A stretch of 64,000 nt of DNA from an uncultured Gemmatimonadota bacterium (GTDB lineage: Bacteria; SM23-81; DAOVCL01), in the NCBI GenBank assembly GCA_964626665.1, contig CAZVGK010000008.1, positions 1 to 64,000 of the forward strand, given 5' to 3'. The position numbers and the translations under genes were made by a program. Shown one piece after another: positions 29,730-39,036 of the stretch. Positions within the stretch are counted from its first letter, which is position 1. Every line of letters begins with the position of its first letter. The notes under the pieces are model-generated. The model worked only from the letters and a program-made list of their open reading frames with translations, ran no database searches and was not told where the DNA came from.

Positions 29730-30302
29730 TTAAATTTTGGGTTTGGTGAGGTATTTGGCCAAGATGTCAAATTCTACATTCACCATCTCCCCCACCCTTT
29801 TCCCACCCAAATTGGTAGCCTTCTGAGTATAAGGAATGAAGGAGATGGAAAACCTGTTTCCCTCAACACTTGCCACTGTAAGGCTAACCCCATTTACGGC
29901 CACAGATCCCTTCTCCACCAGAAGGGGGGAAAATTTGGCCGGCACTTCCATTGTAAGGATGTCATTCCTCCTCCCCTTTATCCTGCCCACCGTGTCAACA
30001 TGCCCGCTGAGCAGCCATCCCCCCAGCCGAGATGCAAGGGAAATGGGCCTCTCTAGGTTCAGCCTATCCCCTATCCTCACCCTCCCCAGAGTAGTCGCCT
30101 TAAGGGTGCCCTGCACCGCCTGAACCGAGAAGGAAGACCCAGCCACCTCGGTTACCGTCAGACAGACCCCGTCTATGGCCAGGCTATCCCCTTCCTTTAA
30201 CTCCTGCAAGACCTTCCTGGCCCCTATCCTCAATTGGCTCCCCTGGGGAAAAGGGGATATCCCCTTTAAGATCCCCAGTTCCTCAACTATTCCGGTGAAC
30301 AT
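29730..30302 (-). CDS. ribE: Riboflavin synthase alpha chain
   Basis: MFTGIVEE, DGVCLTV, KGSVAVNGVSLTV. Confidence 0.95.
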   Translation of the reverse strand: MFTGIVEELGILKGISPFPQGSQLRIGARKVLQELKEGDSLAIDGVCLTVTEVAGSSFSVQAVQGTLKATTLGRVRIGDRLNLERPISLASRLGGWLLSGHVDTVGRIKGRRNDILTMEVPAKFSPLLVEKGSVAVNGVSLTVASVEGNRFSISFIPYTQKATNLGGKRVGEMVNVEFDILAKYLTKPKI

Positions 30303-31380
30303 AGGCGGTAATGAGAAGGTCCTCTCCCATCCTTTGAGCTCTCATATTATAAAGCCGGCAAAGGGAGGAAAGTTCCCTCACCCCCAGATCCTCAAAACCC
30401 CCCACTCCCTCTCCCATCACCCTTGGAGAGAGAAAGACAAGAAGTTTATCTGCTATATCCGCCCTCAGGGCAGAGGTGAATACTTCCCTTCCCCCTTCTA
30501 TCATTAGAGAGGTTATCCCCCTGATCCCGGCGACCTTTAGAGCCTCCCTCAAATCTATCCTCCCATCCCCATCAGAGGAGATCTCCCAAATCTCTGCACC
30601 CTCTTTCTCTATCTCCTCTCTCCAGGATGGGGAAGCCTGAGAGGTAGTCATTATGATGGAGTGGCCGTCAGGGAAGAGGACCTTTGCCTGAGAAGGGGTT
30701 CTTCCCTTGCTGTCCAGCACAATCCTCGAGGGATTTCTCCCCTTAATATGTCTCACCGTTAGCCGGGGATTATCCTGCAAAACTGTTCCTATCCCTACCA
30801 TAACGGCATCAACTCCACTGCGCAGCCAGTGCACCCTCCGCTGAGATTTAAGGGAAGATATATATTTTGATCTCCCCTGGAAGGTGGCGATTTTCCCATC
30901 CAGGGTCTGGGCTAACTTAAGGGTAACAAAGGGCAACCCAGTGCGTATATACTTGAGGTATGCCTCATTAAACCTGGTCGCCTCTGCGGCCAGCAGCCCC
31001 ACTTCCACTTCAACGCCTTGGGAGGAAAGCTCCTGAAAACCCTTACCATTGACCTGGGGGTTGGGATCCATAATTGAGGCTACCACCTTTGCTACCCCTG
31101 CCCTAATAATGGCCTGGGTGCAAGGGGGGGTTCTACCCCAATGGCAACAGGGCTCTAAGTTCACATAGAGAGTGGCACCTTGGGTCCTCTCTCCCGCCTC
31201 TTTAAGAGCAACTACCTCGGCATGGGGTTCACCAACCGCCCGATGAAACCCCTTGCCCACCACATCCCCATCCCTCACCACCACTGCCCCTACCAAGGGG
31301 TTAGGACTGGTTTTCCCCCATCCTTTTTTGGCCAGTCTGAGGGCCAACCTCATATATCTCGAATCCGGACAGTTTACCAC
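30283..31380 (-). CDS. ribD: Riboflavin deaminase/reductase
   Basis: SPNPLVG, PHAEV, LEPCCHWGRTPPC, TLDGKIA. Confidence 0.97.
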   Translation of the reverse strand: MVNCPDSRYMRLALRLAKKGWGKTSPNPLVGAVVVRDGDVVGKGFHRAVGEPHAEVVALKEAGERTQGATLYVNLEPCCHWGRTPPCTQAIIRAGVAKVVASIMDPNPQVNGKGFQELSSQGVEVEVGLLAAEATRFNEAYLKYIRTGLPFVTLKLAQTLDGKIATFQGRSKYISSLKSQRRVHWLRSGVDAVMVGIGTVLQDNPRLTVRHIKGRNPSRIVLDSKGRTPSQAKVLFPDGHSIIMTTSQASPSWREEIEKEGAEIWEISSDGDGRIDLREALKVAGIRGITSLMIEGGREVFTSALRADIADKLLVFLSPRVMGEGVGGFEDLGVRELSSLCRLYNMRAQRMGEDLLITAYVHRNS

Positions 31381-31722
31381 AGAATCTCACGGAATGGACT
31401 CATCAATTAGCAATTAGCAAGTTAAAATGAACTGAAATCACAGCATAGCGATGCCGCAACCAAACAAGGGCCACAGATTACCCTGATTTTACTGAGAAAA
31501 AACCACTACCGTAGTTCGACAATTAACAAGTTAAAACGAAATAAAGCCAGAAAATCCTGAGGTGCATGCCATTTTTCATTGATAATTGATAATTATTCAT
31601 TGATCATTTCTTTTTCAGCCCGTGGCCATCGGCGGTGGATCATCCCTTGAATCTGAGCTGGTAAGAAGTAAATTTGCCCTAAATATAAACTCACCCTCTT
31701 TAAAGTCAAGCCTTTTTATCCG

Positions 31723-31751
31723 TTGACATCCCCCTTGAACTCTTATACCTT
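31723..31751 (+). promoter_or_regulatory. Putative sigma70 promoter
   Basis: TTGACA-17bp-TACCTT upstream of AGGAGG/ATG 31771. Confidence 0.45.
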
Positions 31752-31770
31752 CTCAGAAAAAGGAGGTCAA

Positions 31771-32388
31771 ATGAGAGGCTGCATGATTTGGCTGTTTCCG
31801 CTTACCCTAATCCTGACCAGCTCAGCCCAGGGGAAAACAGTTTTAGGGATAAAGTCTTCCCCTACCTATGGAGATAGCTACATCGGGCTTGAGTTGACTC
31901 CCCGGTTCACCCTCTCTGGGGGAGCAGATCTTCTGCAGACTGAGCTGAAGGAGGATTTTTCAAGCGCAGCGGCATCGGTGACCCTCTTCATTCCCAATGT
32001 AGGCTTCAGATTCCTCCTCAAGGAGGAAATAAAGGAGGAGGTCACCCCCTACTTTTCTCTTGACCTGCTTAAATCCTATGCCACAGTGGACATCGACGAT
32101 GACTCCTCCCTGCGGGACTACCTGAGCAAAGACGACGAGAAACTCTTAGAGGACCTTTTGAGCTTCTGGGGGATAAGCCCGGCAGTGGGGCTCGAATACC
32201 CCTTTTCCCCTAAGTTCAGCATAGGAGGTGAGCTGGGATTCAGGCTTTTCTTTGCGCAAGGAAAGTTGACAAGAGGGGGCAACTACTACTTTATCTATAC
32301 TGGGGGCAATAGTCTCAGCAACAAGAGCAAAGTTCATTTAGATATAAACCTCACCTACACGGCCATTTGCCTTAACTTCAGGTTCTAA
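31771..32388 (+). CDS. Small outer-membrane beta-barrel protein
   Basis: Signal peptide, alternating beta pattern, C-terminal F (LNFRF). Confidence 0.7.
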   Translation: MRGCMIWLFPLTLILTSSAQGKTVLGIKSSPTYGDSYIGLELTPRFTLSGGADLLQTELKEDFSSAAASVTLFIPNVGFRFLLKEEIKEEVTPYFSLDLLKSYATVDIDDDSSLRDYLSKDDEKLLEDLLSFWGISPAVGLEYPFSPKFSIGGELGFRLFFAQGKLTRGGNYYFIYTGGNSLSNKSKVHLDINLTYTAICLNFRF

Positions 32389-32569
32389 AGATAGGGACAC
32401 TTCCTATTTTTTTTGACGTCATCCACACCCAAACTCCGAGCCACCAGGTGGGGGTATCTGATCGCCCATCCATAGGGCGCTCAGGCCTTTGCTGGGGCCA
32501 GTCTGGTGAATAATCCGGATTAGCCCCATATAGCCTGAATTATTCGTAGAATCGTATGAATCCCCTCGG

Positions 32570-32650
32570 ACAGATAGGGGTTTTTCCGCGTAGGGACAGG
32601 GCTTCAGCCCTGTCCGAGAAGAGCGGACAGACATAAATGTCTGTCCCTAC
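32570..32650. repeat. REP-like palindrome
   Basis: gtagggacagggcttcagccctgtcc...ggacagacataaatgtctgtccctac; related to ggacaggtctgaagacctgtccctac at 28023. Confidence 0.7.
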
Positions 32651-32736
32651 AAAACAAATACATAAATCATTAGCCTTGAAAGGGATGTACCAATTCCTTT
32701 TTGGTCTATGGATATTTGGGGGCTAATAAAATCTGG

Positions 32737-32765
32737 TTGATTTACTTAGGAAATTTGGTTATATT
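32737..32765 (+). promoter_or_regulatory. Putative sigma70 promoter
   Basis: TTGATT-17bp-TATATT. Confidence 0.5.
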
Positions 32766-32808
32766 TAGACAGGTTCACATCTCTTTTTCACCTTAATCTG
32801 GAGGAGAA

Positions 32809-35800
32809 ATGAAGAAGTTGATTTTTGCCCTCTTTGTAAGCGCCCTAATAGTACTAACGATTGTGCCCCTGTATGCACAGGTAGAGATGCTCTCCAATGG
32901 GGATTTTGAGAGCTGGACAGTTAATGGTACCGCTGGCCCACCAGATAATTGGTCTCTTTCCAGCTCTAGTTTTTTCTCCGCTAGCCAGGAGGCTACGACC
33001 GTTCATGCTGGAACTTACAGCGTGAATCTGACCTGGTCAACCACGAGTACTCGAAACCTTGAACAGATGGACATTCCGGTAATGGCTGACAGTGCCTACA
33101 TCCTTTCTGCTTGGGTTTATGACAACGACCCGGATGGGAGGGTTCGTGTCAATATTCGCTGGGAATACTCGGGGGGCGGTTACATTAGCAACAGCTATTC
33201 TGACTACTCCTCTGACAATTCCAATTGGCTGTTACTGAGCACCGATAGCGTGACAGCTCCCAGCAATGCTGCTCAGTGCAAGGTTCGCATAGCCTGTTAT
33301 GATATCTCTGGTTGGGATGGAGATGCCACTGTCTATGTAGATGATGCCTCCCTCAGTAAGGTTATACCAGTTGGGCCGACCACCATCTATGATGTGCAGT
33401 TTAACAACACCACTCAGGGGAGTGATAGTTCCTGTTACCCGTCACCGGAGGATGGCAACACGGTGACTATTACTGGAGTGGTCACTGGCATAACCGAAAA
33501 CACATCCTATGACAACTTCTGGATTCAGGATTCATCCGGGTTATGGCATGGAATTTATGCTTTCGACAATTCCATCCACCCCTCACGGGGCGACAGCATT
33601 ACCCTAACCGGTTCGATAAGCGAATATTGGGGGTTGACCGAGATCGATCCCAGTTCGCATCAGGTCCACGCCACTGGAAGACCTGAACCAAGCCCGATAA
33701 AGGTTACCTCAGCGGATCTGGCCGGGGGGTGCTCCGCAATCGGCGAATCTTATGAAGGAGTTTTAGTGAGAATAGACTCTGTGGTAGTCACCCAAGACCT
33801 CAATGAACATAGTGAATGGTATGTCTCCGATGATGGGGGAGCAACAGAGTGTCAGATAGACGATAAATGCTTCCATTACAATCCCACTGTTGGAGAAAGT
33901 CTCACCTATATCATCGGAGTTGTGCACTATTCTTACTCAGAATATGAGATTAATCCACGGAGCATAGATGACATCGGCAGGTTGGGAGGACCTCCACCTT
34001 TTTTGTCCATCTATGATGTGCAATTTAACAACACCAACCAAGGCAGTGGCGACGACTGCTACCCCTCCCCCTACGAGGACAGTTTGTTGACCATAACTGG
34101 AGTCGTCACTGGAATTACCCGAAACATAGGGTATGACAACTTTTGGTTGCAGGATTCCGCCGGCTGCTGGAGCGGGGTGTATATCTTCGACAATACGATC
34201 AGTCCATCTGTAGGAGACAGCATGACCATCACTGGTTCGATTTCTGAGTATTACGGTTTGACTGAAGTCAGCGTCTCTGAATATGAAACCCACACCCATG
34301 GAGTTTCTGGGTTTACACCAATTGCGTTGACGGCTGACGATTTAGATGACGGATGCTCGACCACAGGGGAGTCCTATGAAGGAGTGCTGGTAAGGATAGA
34401 AAACGTCGTTGTAACAGATACAAGCGGCTTTACCGTCCATGGTGAATGGTATATCTCCGATGACGGTGGCGCTCACCAGTGTCAAATCGATGACATGTGT
34501 TTTCCTTATGAGCCGGAAATTGGAGATACCCTTACATCCATTATAGGGGTCGTTCACTACTCGGGTGGCGAATATGAGATAAATCCGAGGAGTGCCAGTG
34601 ATATCGTTCCGCTGCATCCTGATTCCACCTTGAAGATTTACCTTATAGATGTAGGTCAGGGGGATGCTACGCTAATGGTTTCTCCAGCCGGTAAAACATT
34701 GCTTATGGATGGTGGACAGTATGGGATGGGGTATGACAGAATTGTTCCCTTGATGGACAATTTAGGTGTGGGTCACTTGGACTTTATGGTCGCTTCTCAC
34801 TATGACGGCGACCATATCGGCGGCCTCGACGAGGTGGTCAACGGGGGTTATCCGCCAGGCATCGCCTATGACCGGGGGGATTCGGTGGGGGGAAACCAGT
34901 TCAACCAGTATCTGGATGCTATCAGGGATGTGCGGCAGACCATCGATACCTGTCAGGTCATTGATCTGGGTGGTGGGGTTACTATCACCTGTTTGACCGT
35001 GGATGCCTGCATCTGCCAGGATGGTTGTGTGGATACGACTGGCACCAGCGAAACGGAGAACAGCTTGAGTGTTGGCCTGCTGGTGGAGTACGGGGATTTT
35101 GACTACTGGGTTTCAGGGGACCTCACCGGGGGAGGTTTTGGGACCGCAAATGTGGAGAGCGTCGCTGCTGAGGTGATTGGAGATGTGGATGTCCTGCGGG
35201 TCAATCACCATGGGAGTGGCACGAGTACCCATTGGCACTTTACCAATACCCTTCTTCCCGATGTATCCGTCATTTCCGTCGGCGACAATGACTTCGGTCA
35301 CCCTCACCAATGGATATTAAACAGATTGAATGACCTTATCACCATGCAAGCTATATATCAGACAGAAACGGGAAGCGGTGGCACCGCTGACAAAGTTCAG
35401 GTCGCCAATGGGACAGTTTTGATCGAGACCGATGGTAGTACCTATACCGTCTCTGGAGGGGATCTAATTCCCACTACTTACGATGTTGACGAGGTGAGGT
35501 TCTCGCCGACAGTGGTGATTAACGAGGTAATGAAGAATCCTGCATACCCACCTGCCGATGAGGATGGAGAGTGGTTCGAACTCTACAATGCCACCGATGA
35601 GGTCATAGATCTCCAGAACTGGACAATCAAGGATGACTATCTGGACAACTTCGTTATCACTAGTTCCCTGGAAATCCTCCCCCATGGCTATGTGGTGTTT
35701 GGAACAAATGGAAACCCAGAACAGAACGGGGGCTACACTCCGGATTATGTTTATAACTGGTTTAACGATTTCAGATTGTCTAATGCCGATGATGAGATAA

Positions 35801-36327
35801 TTCTGATGAACGGGGACCAGGTCGTTGATTTTGTCTACTATGATGATGGGTTAAACTGGCCTGATGATGAGGACAAGTCTATGCAGTTATCCAATCCCTA
35901 TCTGAACAACAATGTGGGAGCAAACTGGGCATCGACCACCGACAGCACCTATGGGACGGGCCACTACGGCACCCCCGGGTATCAGAACAGCAACTACATA
36001 GTAGCTGTGGGGAACAGATCCGAGACCCAATTGCCCATTACCTTTCACCTCTCTCAGAACTACCCCAACCCATTCAATTCAAATACAGTTATCAGTTATC
36101 AGTTGTCAGCAGTCGGCAATCGGCGGTCAGCAGTCAGCCTGAAGATTTACAACATTGCCGGGCAGTTGGTGAGGACGCTGGTGGATGGGGCAAAACAACC
36201 GGGGAGACACTCTGTTGTGTGGAATGGAATGGACAAAGAAGGTCACTCTGTGGCCAGTGGGATATACCTCTGTAGGTTAAGGGTAGGTAATCTTTCCCAA
36301 ACTATGAAGATGGTTTTGCTGAGGTAA
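32809..36327 (+). CDS. Secreted multidomain protein: CBM-like, 2x OB-like repeat, ComEC-type metallo-beta-lactamase, lamin-tail domain, FlgD-Ig/T9SS-type CTD
   Basis: NGDFESW; DVGQGDA, SHYDGDHIGG, HHGS, GHPH; VVINEVM...EWFELYN...GTPG; LSQNYPNPFN. Confidence 0.85.
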   Translation: MKKLIFALFVSALIVLTIVPLYAQVEMLSNGDFESWTVNGTAGPPDNWSLSSSSFFSASQEATTVHAGTYSVNLTWSTTSTRNLEQMDIPVMADSAYILSAWVYDNDPDGRVRVNIRWEYSGGGYISNSYSDYSSDNSNWLLLSTDSVTAPSNAAQCKVRIACYDISGWDGDATVYVDDASLSKVIPVGPTTIYDVQFNNTTQGSDSSCYPSPEDGNTVTITGVVTGITENTSYDNFWIQDSSGLWHGIYAFDNSIHPSRGDSITLTGSISEYWGLTEIDPSSHQVHATGRPEPSPIKVTSADLAGGCSAIGESYEGVLVRIDSVVVTQDLNEHSEWYVSDDGGATECQIDDKCFHYNPTVGESLTYIIGVVHYSYSEYEINPRSIDDIGRLGGPPPFLSIYDVQFNNTNQGSGDDCYPSPYEDSLLTITGVVTGITRNIGYDNFWLQDSAGCWSGVYIFDNTISPSVGDSMTITGSISEYYGLTEVSVSEYETHTHGVSGFTPIALTADDLDDGCSTTGESYEGVLVRIENVVVTDTSGFTVHGEWYISDDGGAHQCQIDDMCFPYEPEIGDTLTSIIGVVHYSGGEYEINPRSASDIVPLHPDSTLKIYLIDVGQGDATLMVSPAGKTLLMDGGQYGMGYDRIVPLMDNLGVGHLDFMVASHYDGDHIGGLDEVVNGGYPPGIAYDRGDSVGGNQFNQYLDAIRDVRQTIDTCQVIDLGGGVTITCLTVDACICQDGCVDTTGTSETENSLSVGLLVEYGDFDYWVSGDLTGGGFGTANVESVAAEVIGDVDVLRVNHHGSGTSTHWHFTNTLLPDVSVISVGDNDFGHPHQWILNRLNDLITMQAIYQTETGSGGTADKVQVANGTVLIETDGSTYTVSGGDLIPTTYDVDEVRFSPTVVINEVMKNPAYPPADEDGEWFELYNATDEVIDLQNWTIKDDYLDNFVITSSLEILPHGYVVFGTNGNPEQNGGYTPDYVYNWFNDFRLSNADDEIILMNGDQVVDFVYYDDGLNWPDDEDKSMQLSNPYLNNNVGANWASTTDSTYGTGHYGTPGYQNSNYIVAVGNRSETQLPITFHLSQNYPNPFNSNTVISYQLSAVGNRRSAVSLKIYNIAGQLVRTLVDGAKQPGRHSVVWNGMDKEGHSVASGIYLCRLRVGNLSQTMKMVLLR

Positions 36328-36349
36328 TCTTTAATCTGGGGTTTGGACC

Positions 36350-36388
36350 AGAAGAGCCACCCTCAACCTTAGGGTGGCTCTTCTCTTT
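36350..36388 (+). terminator. Intrinsic terminator
   Basis: AGAAGAGCCACCCT-caacctt-AGGGTGGCTCTTCT-CTTT. Confidence 0.75.
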
Positions 36389-36505
36389 AGGGAATGAGAA
36401 TTAGGTTGACAGGATGAAAGGAATTATTTATTTTGGATTAAATGGTTTTGCTTCTCCATTTTGGTAGCGGCAGGTAATGATTAGAAAGGTGCAAGGGAGG
36501 ATAAG

Positions 36506-36850
36506 ATGAAGCTTGTAAACTACCGTCAGGTTAAATCTGAACCAGTTACCGATGAAGGGGCCAAGGACACCACCATTGCCTGGGCCCTCTCGGAGAAGGA
36601 TGGAACTCCCAACTTCTCTATGAGGATCTTTCGGGTCCAGCCCGGGGGCTATACCCCTCTTCACTCCCATAGTTGGGAGCATGAGATCTTCGTTATCAGG
36701 GGAGAGGGAACCTTAGTTGACGAGGGAAAGGAGTACGGGCTAAAGGCTGGCGACATCGCCTTTGTCCAGCCCCAGGAACTTCACCAGTTTAAAAATAATG
36801 GCAACCAGACCTGGGAATTCCTCTGTCTGGTTCCCAATGAGCGGAGGTGA
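36506..36850 (+). CDS. Cupin-domain protein
   Basis: PLHSHSWEHEIFV, HQFKN. Confidence 0.9.
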   Translation: MKLVNYRQVKSEPVTDEGAKDTTIAWALSEKDGTPNFSMRIFRVQPGGYTPLHSHSWEHEIFVIRGEGTLVDEGKEYGLKAGDIAFVQPQELHQFKNNGNQTWEFLCLVPNERR

Positions 36851-36853
36851 TAG

Positions 36854-37231
36854 ATGGCTGAGGAGAAGGAAGGCTTCTTTATGCAGTTGGTTCTTATGTT
36901 TCAGACCGCAGCTATGCAACAGATGGGAAAGGTGATCAACCCCTTGACCCAGAAGATAGAGAAGGACCTCTCCCAGGCCAAGTTTTCCATTGATATGTTG
37001 GGTATGATTGAGGAGAAAACCAAGGGAAACCTCAGCGATGAGGAGAAGAGGATCTTAGATCATATCCTCTTTGAGTTAAGGATAAACTATGTAGATGAAG
37101 TAGAGAAGGAGAAAAAAGTCTCTGAACTGGAGAAGAAGGCTACCGAGGGAAAGACCACCGCTCAAGGGGAGGTTAAGGGGGAGAAAAAGCCAACCAAGCC
37201 TAAGGAACGGAAAAAGGAAGCCAAGAAGTAG
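36854..37231 (+). CDS. DUF1844-family protein
   Basis: MQQMGKVINP, QAKFSIDML, KTKGNLSDEE, LRINYV. Confidence 0.85.
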   Translation: MAEEKEGFFMQLVLMFQTAAMQQMGKVINPLTQKIEKDLSQAKFSIDMLGMIEEKTKGNLSDEEKRILDHILFELRINYVDEVEKEKKVSELEKKATEGKTTAQGEVKGEKKPTKPKERKKEAKK

Positions 37232-37635
37232 GGGCGTAAGGCCTCACCCCCCTAAGGTTCTTGTCATATTTCGTCACGGAATCTCATGGCGCGGTAAAGC
37301 CGCAATAAAATAATTCACCGCAAAGTCGCAAAGGACGCAAAGCTCACCAGGCCAAAAATGGGAAATTGGAAAATAAGAAAATGGAAATTAGGGAAAGCTG
37401 ATTCAATTAGGATTCGTGCTATTCGTCCATTCGTGGGATTCGTGTTCAAGGCCTTCTTTTCTTTGCGAACCCAGCGGCTTTGCGGTTAAAAAATTTGTTA
37501 AAAAACAAGACCTTGCAGGTTTGTAGTACAGAAAAAAGCAATTAAGAATCAAGAATGAGGCTTATGCTGGCTATCCCCGATTCCTGTAAACTGACTTCTG
37601 ATCCCTATTTTTCTGATAGCCTATGATTGGTTATT
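37230..37635. repeat. Nested composite palindromic intergenic element
   Basis: GCGCGGTAAAGCCGCAA; cgcaaag 9-mers with inverted ctttgcg; attcgt 9-mers; gaaaatt 7-mers; AAAAACAAGACCTTGC end. Confidence 0.7.
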
Positions 37636-37696
37636 GCCCTTTTCAAATATAGCGATTTGAGTCGACAAAAATGTCTTGTGGATTTAAACTTTATAA

Positions 37697-38983
37697 ATGA
37701 AGCTGCAGAAAGTAAAGGGAACCAAGGACATCCTCCCAGGTGAGGCGGAGAGGTGGAGGCATATAGAGGAGAAGATAAGGGGGGTGATGGCCAGATACAA
37801 TTATGGGGAGATCCGCACCCCCCTCTTTGAACTGACCGAGCTCTTTGCCAAGGGGACCGGCCAGGACACGGACATCGTCACCAAGGAGATGTATACATTC
37901 CCGGACAAGGGGGGAAGGAGCCTCACCCTCTGTCCGGAGGGAACACCGCCGGTGATCAGGGCCTACTTAGAGAACAGCCTGGGTAGGCGATTTCCCCTGG
38001 TGAAGCTCTTTTACATCGCTCCGATGTTCAGACAGGAGAACCCCCAAGCGGGTAGGCTAAGACAGTTTCACCAGTTTGGGGTAGAGGCCATCGGTTCCCC
38101 CCAACCCCAGATGGATGTTGAGGTTATCTCCCTCTGTATGGACATATACCAGGAGGTGGGTCTGCAGGGGTTGCAGCTCAAGTTGAATAGCATTGGCTGT
38201 AGGGATTGCCGGGCAAGCTATAGGGAAAGGTTAAAAAACTATTTGGCCGATAAGAGTGAGAGACTCTGTGCAGACTGTCAGGTCAGATCCGTAAAAAATC
38301 CCTTGAGGTGCTTTGACTGCAAAAAAGAGGGGTGCCAACTGGTGATGCAAGAGGCCCCCTCCACCTTGGATGGGCTATGCCAGAACTGCCGGGAACATTT
38401 TCAGGCTGTTCAGAATGGGTTAACGGATTTGGGGATACCCTTTGAGGTTGATCCCGGGCTGGTCAGGGGATTGGACTACTATACAAGAACGGTCTTTGAG
38501 GTTCTCAGCTCGGGCCTGGGCGCCCAGGATGCCCTCTGTGGCGGGGGAAGATACGATGATTTAGTGGAGGAGTTGGGGGGGGAACCTACCCCCGCAGTGG
38601 GGTTTGCTGCCGGCATGGAAAGGCTCCTTCTCTCCCTAAATGAGGCGGAGGAAACAGCCCGGTTGGGGCCAGATCTTTTTCTCATCTCCCTGGGTCCCCA
38701 GGCCCAAACTGCCTCTTTGCAGCTGATCCATAGGTTAAGGAAGATAGGCCTGCGCTGTGAAATGGACTATTTGGGGAGGAGCCTCAAATCCCAGCTCAGG
38801 GAGGCCAACAGACAGGGGGCCCCCTTTGCCCTGATCATTGGGAAGAGGGAGTTGGAATCCGGAGAGGCAAACCTGAAGGATATGAGAAATGGTCAGGAGC
38901 AAAAGGTAAGCTGGGCAGATACCCAAAGGATTTACTCCCGGATAAGGGGGAAAGATACAGAAAAACCTCCAATTCCGATGTAA
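37697..38983 (+). CDS. hisS: Histidine-tRNA ligase
   Basis: KGTKD, PEGT, GRLRQFHQ, VRGLDYY, GGGRYD. Confidence 0.97.
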   Translation: MKLQKVKGTKDILPGEAERWRHIEEKIRGVMARYNYGEIRTPLFELTELFAKGTGQDTDIVTKEMYTFPDKGGRSLTLCPEGTPPVIRAYLENSLGRRFPLVKLFYIAPMFRQENPQAGRLRQFHQFGVEAIGSPQPQMDVEVISLCMDIYQEVGLQGLQLKLNSIGCRDCRASYRERLKNYLADKSERLCADCQVRSVKNPLRCFDCKKEGCQLVMQEAPSTLDGLCQNCREHFQAVQNGLTDLGIPFEVDPGLVRGLDYYTRTVFEVLSSGLGAQDALCGGGRYDDLVEELGGEPTPAVGFAAGMERLLLSLNEAEETARLGPDLFLISLGPQAQTASLQLIHRLRKIGLRCEMDYLGRSLKSQLREANRQGAPFALIIGKRELESGEANLKDMRNGQEQKVSWADTQRIYSRIRGKDTEKPPIPM

Positions 38984-39036
38984 AAAAGATGAACTGGGAG
39001 GATACCCAAGGGATTTACTCCCGGATAAGGGGGAAG

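Noticed and set aside
31381-31720. FMN riboswitch upstream of ribD
   Set aside because: No recognisable RFN consensus on the minus strand; region is short-repeat material and divergent promoters
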